Assembly (NCBI GenBank): GCA_001004905.1
Contig: LCRY01000002.1
Location: forward strand, 378,129-442,128
Direction of reading: 5' to 3'
DNA length: 64,000 bases
Source: Parcubacteria group bacterium GW2011_GWA1_56_13
GTDB taxonomy: Bacteria; Patescibacteriota; Minisyncoccia; Phycocordibacterales; Phycocordibacteraceae
A program made the translations under genes and the position numbers. Position 1 is the stretch's first letter. Every line of letters starts with the position of its first letter. Under the pieces are notes generated by a model. That model made no database searches. It had not been told where the DNA came from and saw only the letters and a program-made list of their open reading frames with translations. Of this stretch, positions 55,234 to 64,000 are shown piece after piece.

Positions 55234-56022
55234 CTATTTCTCCTTCGTGAGCTGAAGAAAGATCTCTTCAAGCTTGCCGCCACGATAGCCGCTTTCGCCC
55301 GCCCCGGGCGAAGTCAAGGAGTCGTGCATGGTGAGCACCTCCGCCATGGTGCCGTTCACGATGATCTCGCCCTTGTTAATGATGGCGACTTTATTGGCAA
55401 GTCGTTCGGCCTCCTCGAGATAATGAGTGGTGAGCAATATCGTTACGCCCGCTTTGGTGAGACCAGTGAGGTATTCCCACATGCTTCGGCGCAGTTCGAC
55501 GTCCACGCCGGCAGTCGGTTCGTCGAGGATGAGGAATTGCGGCTCGTGAATAAGGGCGCGCGCTATCATGAGCCGACGCATCATGCCGCCCGAAAGCATG
55601 CGCGCCTGATCGTTCCTTTTCTCGTAAAGTCCGAGGTCCTTGAATATGCGCTCCGCACGCGGTATCGCGACGCTGCGCGGAATGCCGTAGTACCCGGCCT
55701 GGTTCACGACGATGTCGCTCACCTTGCCGAAATAATCGAGATTCATGTTCTGCGGCACGACGCCGATGTACGTGCGCGCCTTCTCCGGCGCGGTATCAAT
55801 ATCAACGCCGTGCACGGATACTTTTCCCCCCGTCTTGTTCACAAGCCCGGTCACGATGCCGATAAGGGTCGTCTTTCCCGCCCCGTTCGGGCCCAGCAGG
55901 GCGAAAAAATCGCCTTTCTCTACCGTGAGCGAGACGCCCGCAAGCGCGTGCGTGCCGGCCCTTCCGGACTCGCCCGCATATGTTTTCTCGAGGTTATTAA
56001 CGACAAGAGCTGGCTCGGTCAT
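55234..56022 (-). CDS. ABC transporter ATP-binding protein (YadG-like)
   Basis: GPNGAGKT, LSGGM, LDEPTAGVD, TTHYL. Confidence 0.92.
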   Translation of the reverse strand: MTEPALVVNNLEKTYAGESGRAGTHALAGVSLTVEKGDFFALLGPNGAGKTTLIGIVTGLVNKTGGKVSVHGVDIDTAPEKARTYIGVVPQNMNLDYFGKVSDIVVNQAGYYGIPRSVAIPRAERIFKDLGLYEKRNDQARMLSGGMMRRLMIARALIHEPQFLILDEPTAGVDVELRRSMWEYLTGLTKAGVTILLTTHYLEEAERLANKVAIINKGEIIVNGTMAEVLTMHDSLTSPGAGESGYRGGKLEEIFLQLTKEK

Positions 56023-56165
56023 ACTGACGGCTGATTATAGCAAACGATCCCGCGCCGATGGATTCGACCGCATAAGAAACTGTTTGGAACGTTATTTGAC
56101 ATTTCCTCGATTTCCTGATTCACTAGCTACCGGAGGAACTTCCTCCTAATCCTGAGAGGATTGCC

Positions 56166-56306
56166 ATGAACGCGACCCCCTCTTCCGTAACGGTCCCCAA
56201 AAAAAAGGCCCCTGCGGAACAAAAACCCGCCACGCGGGTGCTGAAGCCTGGGAAGCGCCGGATCATCGGCACGACCAAGTTCGGCAAGGACGGCTGTGGT
56301 TACTAA
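56166..56306 (+). CDS. Putative RiPP precursor peptide (46 aa)
   Basis: Hand translation MNATPSSVTVPKKKAPAEQKPATRVLKPGKRRIIGTTKFGKDGCGY; GAGG RBS; directly upstream of the rSAM gene. Confidence 0.7.
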   Translation: MNATPSSVTVPKKKAPAEQKPATRVLKPGKRRIIGTTKFGKDGCGY

Positions 56307-56383
56307 AGTAAGGACCACCGCCAGCGCTCGGGGCTTGCTCCGGGCGCTTTTCTTGAGCAACCCTCCAGATAAGGAGATATTCC

Positions 56384-57679
56384 ATGTGGTTACTTAGTGC
56401 ATTTACGATCTTTGAAAATCTGCCTATAGGAATATTGGCTAAGAACACATTCACCGAGTCGGTCATCCTCATGAGTCGCGAAGCAAAAGAAGAACTCGAT
56501 GCATGGCTAATGGATCCTTTCGGAACAGACCTTCCGAAATGCTTCAATGATTTTGTCCAGAACGGTTTTCTCGTTATGGACGATGATCTGAAAGAATGGC
56601 ATGACCTGCTCCTGATGAAGAGGAATAATGAGGCGCATGTCTTCACTCTTCATTTCGAGCCGACGATCCAATGCCAACTAGCCTGTTCATATTGCTTCGA
56701 AAACGGCTCCGATCGGAGTCAATCAATGAAACCGCTTGTTCTCGTGCGCTCTCTTGAGTGGTTTCGGCAATATGTTCACTTGCACCCAGAAATTGATTCG
56801 CTCAAATTGAAATTCTTCGGTGGTGAACCGCTACTTTGCAAAGAGATGGTGAGTCAAGCCCTCGAAGCGTATCAATCCTTGTGCCAGGAGATTGGTATCG
56901 ACTTTTGGGTCGAAATCACTACGAATGGCGAGCTGCTCGATGAACAAACGGCCGAATTGCTGTCCCATTACAATTGGCGTCGCGTGCAGATTACGCTCGA
57001 CGGTCCCGCCGATATTCACGACATCCGACGTGCCGGAAAAAAGGGGCGGCCTACATTCGCGAACATTATGCGGAATATCCAGATGTTAGTATCAACGGAT
57101 TACATTCCGGTGGTTGATATCCGGTTGACCTTCGATGAAGGCACGAGAGACCACCTCCCGCGCTTACTTGACGAGCTAGACGCTCTGAATGCGCATCCGC
57201 GCATTAAGCTCTCCCTCGGGTTCACGACGCCTTCGCTGTCCATTACGCCGGAACGGATGTCCGAGGAAGAACTCGCGGATACGGCGCTCGCCATATGGGC
57301 GTATGCAAAGCAGAAAGGGTTCGAAATCCCCGACGAGTTCGTCGCAGGACCTTTATGCGTTGCAACGGCGAAACATTCGGCGATCCTTCAGCCAGACGGG
57401 AATCTACAGAAATGCTTCTGCACGAGCGGACGCAAGGGGTTCAACATCTCAAATGTCGCCGTACAGCCGCTCACGTACACGAAAGATGCGCGGTTCGAGC
57501 AATGGAAGCGCACCGAGCAGTGCATTAAGGAGCGCTGCGCCTACTTACCAGTCTGCGGCGGCGGATGCACCTTTGATGCGATCGTGAAGCATGGCGAACA
57601 CGGAGGCGGCAATCGCTTCTGTCAGAAAATTCTCCTCGACCGAATGAACAGGGGGTTGCTCCGGCTCATGTATTCCTAA
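56384..57679 (+). CDS. Radical SAM/SPASM peptide maturase with RRE-like N-terminus
   Basis: CQLACSYC, FFGGEP, TTNG, ITLDG; SPASM C...DGNLQKC...CIKERCAYLPVCGGGC...C. Confidence 0.9.
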   Translation: MWLLSAFTIFENLPIGILAKNTFTESVILMSREAKEELDAWLMDPFGTDLPKCFNDFVQNGFLVMDDDLKEWHDLLLMKRNNEAHVFTLHFEPTIQCQLACSYCFENGSDRSQSMKPLVLVRSLEWFRQYVHLHPEIDSLKLKFFGGEPLLCKEMVSQALEAYQSLCQEIGIDFWVEITTNGELLDEQTAELLSHYNWRRVQITLDGPADIHDIRRAGKKGRPTFANIMRNIQMLVSTDYIPVVDIRLTFDEGTRDHLPRLLDELDALNAHPRIKLSLGFTTPSLSITPERMSEEELADTALAIWAYAKQKGFEIPDEFVAGPLCVATAKHSAILQPDGNLQKCFCTSGRKGFNISNVAVQPLTYTKDARFEQWKRTEQCIKERCAYLPVCGGGCTFDAIVKHGEHGGGNRFCQKILLDRMNRGLLRLMYS

Positions 57680-57695
57680 ACTAGGCTTTGGATCT

Positions 57696-57730
57696 ACGGC
57701 TGCATGCATCACATGCAGTCGTTCTTTTCT
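57696..57730 (+). terminator. Hairpin after the rSAM gene
   Basis: acggctgcatg-catca-catgcagtcgt + tcttttct. Confidence 0.55.
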
Positions 57731-57747
57731 TATAGTAGAGTTCCGGT

Positions 57748-58506
57748 ATGTACGAACAACATCTCCCTGGGTACACTACCGCATTCAACGGCTTCCCTTG
57801 GTTAACTCGGGATTCGGGACATTATCATTTTCATTATGCTGCGAATAGCCTTGCGGAAAGAGAAATAGATTATATTGAAAAAACCCAGGAGAGCGCGTTC
57901 CGAAACATTCTCGCGTTTCTCCAAATTGAACCGCCGGAAAAGAAAATTCATTACTATTTCTATCCGGACGAAGACATGAAAGAAAAATTGATGGGTAGCC
58001 GATGGTTCGCTCAGTCCATCTATAATGATTTTTCCATTCATGCGCTTTATACCCAGAAAAATCGCGTGATAGGCCCGCATGAGGACGCGCACCTCCTTTC
58101 ATTGCCGCTCGGCCTTTCAATAGGATTTTTGCAGGAAGGGCTTGCCGAAAGAATGGTCGGCGCCGACTGGTTCGGACATCCGTTTATTGAAACGGTCCGG
58201 AGCGCTATAGCCGACGAGCATTTTAATGTGTCCGCCGAGCTGCTGACATCTCATGAGGCGTGGCTCGCTACGGATGATGGGTATGCGAGACAGTATTATG
58301 CGCTCGCGGCGCTATTTGTTACGTATCTTATCGATACGTGCGGGAAGCAGCTGTTTTTGAAACTGTATTCTTCGCTCAGCCGCACCGCCAATCCTGAAGA
58401 AAATGCCGCCAAGTACCAGGAAATCTTCGGAATCGTTCCGTCCGAATTATTCTCTCGCTTTATCAAGAAATACGGTCTCAAAATCACGCGGGCAACTCGA
58501 CGATGA
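57748..58506 (+). CDS. Gluzincin-type metallopeptidase (peptidase MA-like)
   Basis: HEDAH (HExxH) followed by FLQEGLAE and a YALAALFV helix. Confidence 0.7.
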   Translation: MYEQHLPGYTTAFNGFPWLTRDSGHYHFHYAANSLAEREIDYIEKTQESAFRNILAFLQIEPPEKKIHYYFYPDEDMKEKLMGSRWFAQSIYNDFSIHALYTQKNRVIGPHEDAHLLSLPLGLSIGFLQEGLAERMVGADWFGHPFIETVRSAIADEHFNVSAELLTSHEAWLATDDGYARQYYALAALFVTYLIDTCGKQLFLKLYSSLSRTANPEENAAKYQEIFGIVPSELFSRFIKKYGLKITRATRR

Positions 58507-60262
58507 ACGTAGAGCCCGTCCCTTGCCCTTCGGATTCGGCCCGGATGGTGCCGCCGTGCGCTTCGACGATCTGCTTCGCGATGTAGAGGCCGTAGCCGGT
58601 TGAGTGCGCATTCACTCGCTGTGAATCCCTGCCGTGGCCGCCTTCGGTGAAGAGCCGCTTCTTGTCCTCCTCGGTGATGCCGACGCCCGTGTCTTTGACG
58701 GAGAAAATGACTTTGTTCCCCGCCCCGAGCGTAGTCGAGGGGGCCTTCTTCAGGAAGATATCCACCGAACCGGACGGCGTGTAATTGACGGCGTTCTCGA
58801 CGAGGTTCCGGAATACATGATCGGCAAGCTGCCCCGCATCTGCCGTGATTGAGTACGGGCGATCCTGGCTGTCTACGGTCAAAGAAAGGGTAAGGCCCTT
58901 CCCTTCGGCTGCGGGGCGGGTTTTTTTCACGACTTCGGCAATGAGCTTCTCAAGATCGACTGCCGCGACTTGGAGCGCCAAGGTTCCCCGTTTCAGATTC
59001 GCTGCCGCAAGAATGTCGGTCACGACGCGTACGGCAGTGCGGGTTTCGAGGAGCGCATTCTCGGCGAGTGCCGTCGCGGCTCCAGGAAGCGTCCCCCCAT
59101 CGCCCTCGGCAAGGGCAGCGAATGTACTTTGGTCTTTGGCGAGGAACCCCTTCACTTCATGGCCGATGAAATGGATGAGTTTTTCTTGCCGTGCATTGCT
59201 GTCCTCGAGCTCTTCGGCGAGCTTTTGGATGCTGTGGCGCTGGGACACTTCTCGAAGCGCGCCCTGCTGGAAGAGGTAGCCAAAAGCCGCGGCGAGAAGG
59301 AGCGTTATGCCGATGAGAAAACGTCCCGTCCCTGAATCTGTAAGGAGGAATAGGGAGGAAATGATGAGCAGGATGAGATAGAGGAGTACCTGCACCCCGA
59401 AGGATTCCATCTTGAAGAGCTCCAAATTGGAGATGGCGTATACGAGAACGATGATAAAGATGGGAAGCGCAAGCAATCCGTACAAGAGGATCTCGTAGTG
59501 CGCGGTGAGCGAAGCGAAGAACGAGCTGAGCGCAAAAATCGACAAGAAAAGAAACAAGGAAGCCGTCATCGCATGGAAGGGCTTTTTCGGGATCGTGGCC
59601 TGCGGCAAGAGCATCCAGCTGTAGGTGATGAGCGTCAGTACGACGGCCTCCGCGCCGAGACGATACACCGCGAGGTATCCCTCCTGAAGCGGATTGCAGA
59701 GCGTACGAAGCGTCTCAAGCGTGAAGCCACCTTGAAAAACGAGACCGATCGGCACAAGAAGGATAGCGAGAAGGAGGAACCGGATCCAGAATGGCGGGCG
59801 GCCGCTAAACGAAAAGAGCGCCACAAAGTAGGCCGCCAGGACAAAAAAGGCGATCTCAAGAAACCCGAGCACCAGACGTACAGCGTGGAGCAGGAGCGGG
59901 TTTTCAGAAACGAGCGTTATGAGATTTCCCGAAAGCCAGAGTGAGAACGCGAGCACGAAGAGCGAGAATATCTTCTTCACTTTCCTCTCATGCGAAGAGG
60001 CGAACACAAAACCCGCAATGACGACGAGTACGGCGATGGGCACCAGGTGCGCGTAGTAAGCGAGCGCGATGAAGCCAGAACTGCCTGCGTAGGGTGTGAT
60101 CGCACACGCGCTCGGCAGTATTTTCCCCGCATAAAGGTAGACGCTAAGGACAGGCGCTGCAAGGACCGTAAGAAACAGAACAAAGAGGACGAAAAAATCC
60201 ACTGCACGATCAAACCCCAAGCGAACCTTTTCTATCCGAGCGTTCAAGGACGCGATATTCAC
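58484..60262 (-). CDS. Membrane sensor histidine kinase
   Basis: Multi-TM N-terminus; HEVKG, NAVNYT, DTGVG, GYGL. Confidence 0.9.
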   Translation of the reverse strand: MNIASLNARIEKVRLGFDRAVDFFVLFVLFLTVLAAPVLSVYLYAGKILPSACAITPYAGSSGFIALAYYAHLVPIAVLVVIAGFVFASSHERKVKKIFSLFVLAFSLWLSGNLITLVSENPLLLHAVRLVLGFLEIAFFVLAAYFVALFSFSGRPPFWIRFLLLAILLVPIGLVFQGGFTLETLRTLCNPLQEGYLAVYRLGAEAVVLTLITYSWMLLPQATIPKKPFHAMTASLFLFLSIFALSSFFASLTAHYEILLYGLLALPIFIIVLVYAISNLELFKMESFGVQVLLYLILLIISSLFLLTDSGTGRFLIGITLLLAAAFGYLFQQGALREVSQRHSIQKLAEELEDSNARQEKLIHFIGHEVKGFLAKDQSTFAALAEGDGGTLPGAATALAENALLETRTAVRVVTDILAAANLKRGTLALQVAAVDLEKLIAEVVKKTRPAAEGKGLTLSLTVDSQDRPYSITADAGQLADHVFRNLVENAVNYTPSGSVDIFLKKAPSTTLGAGNKVIFSVKDTGVGITEEDKKRLFTEGGHGRDSQRVNAHSTGYGLYIAKQIVEAHGGTIRAESEGQGTGSTFIVELPA

Positions 60263-60268
60263 GAATAA

Positions 60269-61897
60269 TTATGTCGGGAGCTCCACGATAAAGGTCGAAC
60301 CCTTCCCTTCTCCTTCGCTTTCGGCGCGGATGGTGCCGCCGTGGGCTTCGACTATCTGTTTGGCGATGTAGAGGCCGTAGCCGGTCGAGTGCGCGTTTAT
60401 TCTCTGCGAATCCCTTCCGTGGCCGCCTTCGGTGAAGAGCCGTTTCTTGTCTTCCTCGGTGATGCCGACGCCCGTGTCTTTGACGGAGAAAATGACTTTT
60501 CCGCTCTCCTTCTTCAGGAAGATATCCACCGAACCGGAGGGGGTGTAATTGACGGCGTTGTCGATGAGGTTGCGCAATACGTGCTCGCTGAGGTTGTCTT
60601 TATCGGCGCTGACCATGTAGGGCGCGCCGGCGGGGTCAGTCATGATATTGAGAGAAAGATGCTTCGCTTCGGCCGCGGGCTTCGCCCTCTGCACAGCGAC
60701 CGCGACCAGCGTCGCGAGGTCAACCGGCTCCTTGGTGTAGGTGACCGTCCCCTTCTTCAGGTTCGACGCCTTGAGGATATTCGACACCGAATCGACGCCC
60801 ACGCGCGATTCAGCAAGCGCGTGGTCCACGAACGGCTTCATGCCGTCCGGCGGCGCGCCGAAGTCGCCCTGCGAAATGGCGGCGAAGGCGCTCATGTCCT
60901 TGGTCAAAAATCCTTTCACCTCATGCCCGATGAAGTGGATGAGCGTTTCCTGCCGCTCATTGGTCTGGGCGAGTTCTCCGGCGAGTTTCTCAATATGTTC
61001 GCGCTGCGCGATTTCTCGTTTCACACTTCGAACAAGGAAAACCCCACTTATCAAGAAGCCAACCAGGGTCACTACGGACAAAATAGTACCGGCCGTCGTC
61101 GTGCTATAGAAGAGTCGTGCGGCAATAAGCACCGCGATGCTCGCGACAAGTGCCTGGGTGGCAAACAATTTAACATTGAACGTTTTAAACCTAACGACAG
61201 TGTACGTCAGGAATGCGATAAACACCGGCATACCGAAGAGTCCGGCCTGCGCTGTATCCCAATCCTCCGTCAAGCTCCCAACAATATTCCCAGAAGAAAA
61301 CGCGATGAGGAATATGATGAGGCCGGTCGTGAAGAGTATGATCTCCTTTTTCCGCGCTGGTTGGCGGCTAATGCCCCAGAAACTCGTAAAGAGAATGAGA
61401 AAACTCAACAGTATCTCGATAGCATATGTGGACAGGAAATTCAGTGCGGGTGTCTCAGAAATAACACAGGTAGAAAGGTCAACACCAGTAAACAAATAGG
61501 ATGTCGGGAGCAGTATCGTTATCGGGAGAAGCAAAATAACGAGACCGACCTTGGAAAGAAAATCTAGGTCTTTTTTCGCGATAAACACGTAAGCGAAATA
61601 GAGGGCCGACACGTAGACGAACACTTCCGATAAGACCTGCATGCTCCAAAGGAACAAATCTATGTCCGGTCGATTGAGTGCCCAGAGGGGCAAATCAATG
61701 AGCGTCCATGTGGTGAAAAAAAAGATCGTTACAAGGAATAGCTTAACGGCAAGCGATTCGCGAGCTCGCGGGATGAGGATAAGGGCGAAAACAACCGCCG
61801 CCAATACCGCGGTAAGGTGAGAATAGTACAGAAGTGGCGGAACGTTGCTTGAAAAAATGAAATATTGAGCTGGTTCCCACGGACAGAGTAGTTCCAT
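60269..61897 (-). CDS. Membrane sensor histidine kinase (7TM-type N-terminus)
   Basis: Multi-TM N-terminus; HEVKG, NAVNYT, DTGVG, GYGL. Confidence 0.9.
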   Translation of the reverse strand: MELLCPWEPAQYFIFSSNVPPLLYYSHLTAVLAAVVFALILIPRARESLAVKLFLVTIFFFTTWTLIDLPLWALNRPDIDLFLWSMQVLSEVFVYVSALYFAYVFIAKKDLDFLSKVGLVILLLPITILLPTSYLFTGVDLSTCVISETPALNFLSTYAIEILLSFLILFTSFWGISRQPARKKEIILFTTGLIIFLIAFSSGNIVGSLTEDWDTAQAGLFGMPVFIAFLTYTVVRFKTFNVKLFATQALVASIAVLIAARLFYSTTTAGTILSVVTLVGFLISGVFLVRSVKREIAQREHIEKLAGELAQTNERQETLIHFIGHEVKGFLTKDMSAFAAISQGDFGAPPDGMKPFVDHALAESRVGVDSVSNILKASNLKKGTVTYTKEPVDLATLVAVAVQRAKPAAEAKHLSLNIMTDPAGAPYMVSADKDNLSEHVLRNLIDNAVNYTPSGSVDIFLKKESGKVIFSVKDTGVGITEEDKKRLFTEGGHGRDSQRINAHSTGYGLYIAKQIVEAHGGTIRAESEGEGKGSTFIVELPT

Positions 61898-62016
61898 ATC
61901 TTTTTTATAATAACACCAGAATATGCCCGCATGGGGTGTTATTATAGGGCTTGTGTATTATCGTGATTTTAGGATTCTTTTCTGTCACAAAAGTCTAACC
62001 TACGCATCTTCTATAT

Positions 62017-63117
62017 ATGGAAAAAAGTAAACTGGACAAGCTTTCGCCCGGATTAAAAAAGCTCATCGTACAGAGCAATGCCACAGCTACAGGCATCTTA
62101 AGTGATGATATTAAAAAGAGCTCCGTGCCGATTAGCAGATTTGCCGAAAGGGTACTGCTCCATTGCAACGGGGGCTCCACTATGCACGCAGCATTGTGGT
62201 TAAAAAATCATTTACATAATGGCGGGAAATTGGTAGTTACCTTGGCGGGTGCCTTGAGCTCTTTTGAGGTCGGCGTGCTGCTTGCTGAACTTATCCGGAA
62301 AAATAAGGTACATCTGATATCCGCAACCGCAGCTAACCACGAAGAGTCCTATTACCGCTATGTTGCTCATTCACACTATGCCAACATCCCGCGCTATACC
62401 GAACTAACCCCTGAACAAGAATCTGAATTGCGAGATGCCGGTTTCCGCAGGATTACTGATACATTCCTGCCCGAAGAGGAGAGCGTACGCATTATGGAAC
62501 CCCACTTAGTCAAGATGTGGCAAGATGCACACAAAAAAAATGAGCGGTACTTCCCGCATGAATATTTCCGAAGGCTATTTCAGGAAAAGATGGTAAAACC
62601 GGACCCTCATACCAACCCCAGTGACAGTTGGGTCTACGCAGCATTTGAAAAAGACATCCCGATTATTATTCCTGGGTTTGAGGATTCTACGATGGGGAAT
62701 ATATTTGCAAGCTATACATACAACGGCCTGCACAAGAATGAGAAAGATATTGTAATAGACGGTAACGTTATGAAGAGCGGTGTAGAATATTTTCATCTCA
62801 TGTACGACTGGTACATGAAAGAAAGTAAAAAAACTCCTATCGCTTTCCTACAATTGGGTGGAGGTATTGCCGCGGATTTCCCCATTTGTGTGGTACCTTC
62901 TCTGAAACACGATTTTAAACTCCACGGTACTGTCAGAGATTGGGCAGGTTTTATTGAGATCGGTTCTTCTCCGATGTCATACGGCTCCTATTCCGGTGCC
63001 GGAGGTAAAGAAAAAATAACCTGGGATAAACTCTCACCAGAAAGCTATTACCAAATTATCCAAAGCGATGTAACAGTGGCTTTCCCGTGGATCGCAGCGG
63101 TGCTTCTTGATTTCTAA
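62017..63117 (+). CDS. Deoxyhypusine synthase-like protein
   Basis: TLAGALSS, PGFEDST, GGGIAADF, SYSGA..EKITWDK. Confidence 0.85.
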   Translation: MEKSKLDKLSPGLKKLIVQSNATATGILSDDIKKSSVPISRFAERVLLHCNGGSTMHAALWLKNHLHNGGKLVVTLAGALSSFEVGVLLAELIRKNKVHLISATAANHEESYYRYVAHSHYANIPRYTELTPEQESELRDAGFRRITDTFLPEEESVRIMEPHLVKMWQDAHKKNERYFPHEYFRRLFQEKMVKPDPHTNPSDSWVYAAFEKDIPIIIPGFEDSTMGNIFASYTYNGLHKNEKDIVIDGNVMKSGVEYFHLMYDWYMKESKKTPIAFLQLGGGIAADFPICVVPSLKHDFKLHGTVRDWAGFIEIGSSPMSYGSYSGAGGKEKITWDKLSPESYYQIIQSDVTVAFPWIAAVLLDF

Positions 63118-63133
63118 CTAAATTAATCTTCTT

Positions 63134-63310
63134 CTAGAGCGTCTCTTCGTCGACTGGCGCCTCGTCCGTCGGCATCTCATCAGCCGATGCCTCAAACGTC
63201 TCCTCCTTGTATACTTCAAAATCCTTCCGTACAACAGCACGGTCGTAGGTGAGATAGAGCGATGTTGCAATAGCTACAGCGAGGAGAATGAACAAGATTT
63301 TTGTTTTCAT
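63134..63310 (-). CDS. 58-aa single-TM protein with acidic tail
   Basis: Hand translation MKTKILFILLAVAIATSLYLTYDRAVVRKDFEV...; ATG overlaps the speD stop. Confidence 0.55.
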   Translation of the reverse strand: MKTKILFILLAVAIATSLYLTYDRAVVRKDFEVYKEETFEASADEMPTDEAPVDEETL

Positions 63311-63708
63311 GGAACAAGATTTTTTGTCGGGTAATGCGTACCCCGTTTGATAAAGTGTTGTTCTATGTCCTGGAGTTTGAATTTTTTCTTGAAATAATTT
63401 GTAACGAACTCCACATCAATGCCATTTTGGCACGTGTATACGTCAGCTGACAGAAATCGGCGTTTCGGAAATGTATGAATGCTTATGTGGCTTTCGGCAA
63501 TCATAACGAAACCGCTCCATCCGCCCGGGTCCTTGATATGATTGTCGGGGGCAGATATGATAAGCGGCTTCATGAGTGGGCGCATGTGGAGTGAATCACA
63601 CATCTCTATAAGCGCCGAGTACACAGCCTCCTCGTCATTCAGACGTTCCGGGTCTCCGCCGTAACCGTCCACGGTAACGTGCTCTCCAAAGTGAGCTGCC
63701 ATAGGCAT
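63307..63708 (-). CDS. speD: S-adenosylmethionine decarboxylase proenzyme
   Basis: GWSGFVMIAESHISIHTFP (ES cleavage site), DVYTC. Confidence 0.88.
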   Translation of the reverse strand: MPMAAHFGEHVTVDGYGGDPERLNDEEAVYSALIEMCDSLHMRPLMKPLIISAPDNHIKDPGGWSGFVMIAESHISIHTFPKRRFLSADVYTCQNGIDVEFVTNYFKKKFKLQDIEQHFIKRGTHYPTKNLVP

Positions 63709-63721
63709 TTAGTATAGCAAC

Positions 63722-63763
63722 AAAAAAAACCGGCGGTAGTGCACGAGATGTGCACTACCGCCG
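63722..63763 (-). terminator. Rho-independent terminator
   Basis: cggcggtagtgcac/gtgcactaccgccg with a T-run on the minus strand. Confidence 0.7.
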
Positions 63764-63771
63764 ATATGAAG

Positions 63772-63996
63772 TTACTCCATCACCAGACCATATCCGAGTT
63801 CGTACAGAACGGTCCAGATCAAAGCCTGGATGGCAGTAAGGACGAGGAGTACGGCGATGGTCCGAGGAACCGTTCCGATTTCCTTGCGGAAGAAGGTGAC
63901 AATTTTCTCGGGCCCCGTCCAGACAATCGCCCGGACAATGATGGGCGCCATCGCCAGATAACCCGCCAATCGCGATTTCTCCTGGATGGTGTCCAT
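63772..63996 (-). CDS. Small membrane hypothetical protein (start may lie outside the window)
   Basis: 74 aa with hydrophobic segments, terminator downstream. Confidence 0.45.
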   Translation of the reverse strand: MDTIQEKSRLAGYLAMAPIIVRAIVWTGPEKIVTFFRKEIGTVPRTIAVLLVLTAIQALIWTVLYELGYGLVME

Positions 63997-64000
63997 CGCT

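Noticed and set aside
1-64000. Alternative genetic code (UGA as Gly/Trp)
   Set aside because: Conserved genes are full length in code 11 and several end at TGA (e.g. smpB, murJ, tatC)

Overview
Bacterial chromosome segment in the standard genetic code. Gene content and style (short valS, many apparently leaderless genes, tRNAs mostly without CCA, cohesin/dockerin surface proteins) suggest a Patescibacteria/Parcubacteria (CPR) genome; this is an inference. The backbone carries rlmB-like, tsaD, valS, lepA, murJ, nrdJ, htpX, lemA, recG, ftsH, smpB/ssrA, pyrF, typA, speD, 8 tRNAs and RNase P RNA. Main points of interest: (1) the RNase P RNA gene has a complete GIY-YIG nuclease ORF inside helix P3, bounded by 20-bp inverted repeats, plus an empty copy of the same repeat further into the RNA; (2) a ~43-bp palindromic element follows an abandoned copy of the gene start in both tsaD and typA, with a recoded start downstream, and related hairpins sit in-frame in lepA and a histidine kinase; (3) an unannotated RiPP-like cluster: a 46-aa precursor ending DGCGY, an RRE-radical SAM/SPASM enzyme and an HExxH peptidase; (4) an ~18-kb surface island with a Ser/Pro-repeat protein, 9 glycosyl/methyltransferase-like genes, cohesin/dockerin proteins and its own TatC/TatA plus a twin-arginine mini-protein; (5) an AT-rich cyclodipeptide-synthase-like gene overlapping the valS end; (6) tRNA-Ile with a UAU anticodon. 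All assignments are from motifs read by eye; no searches were run.
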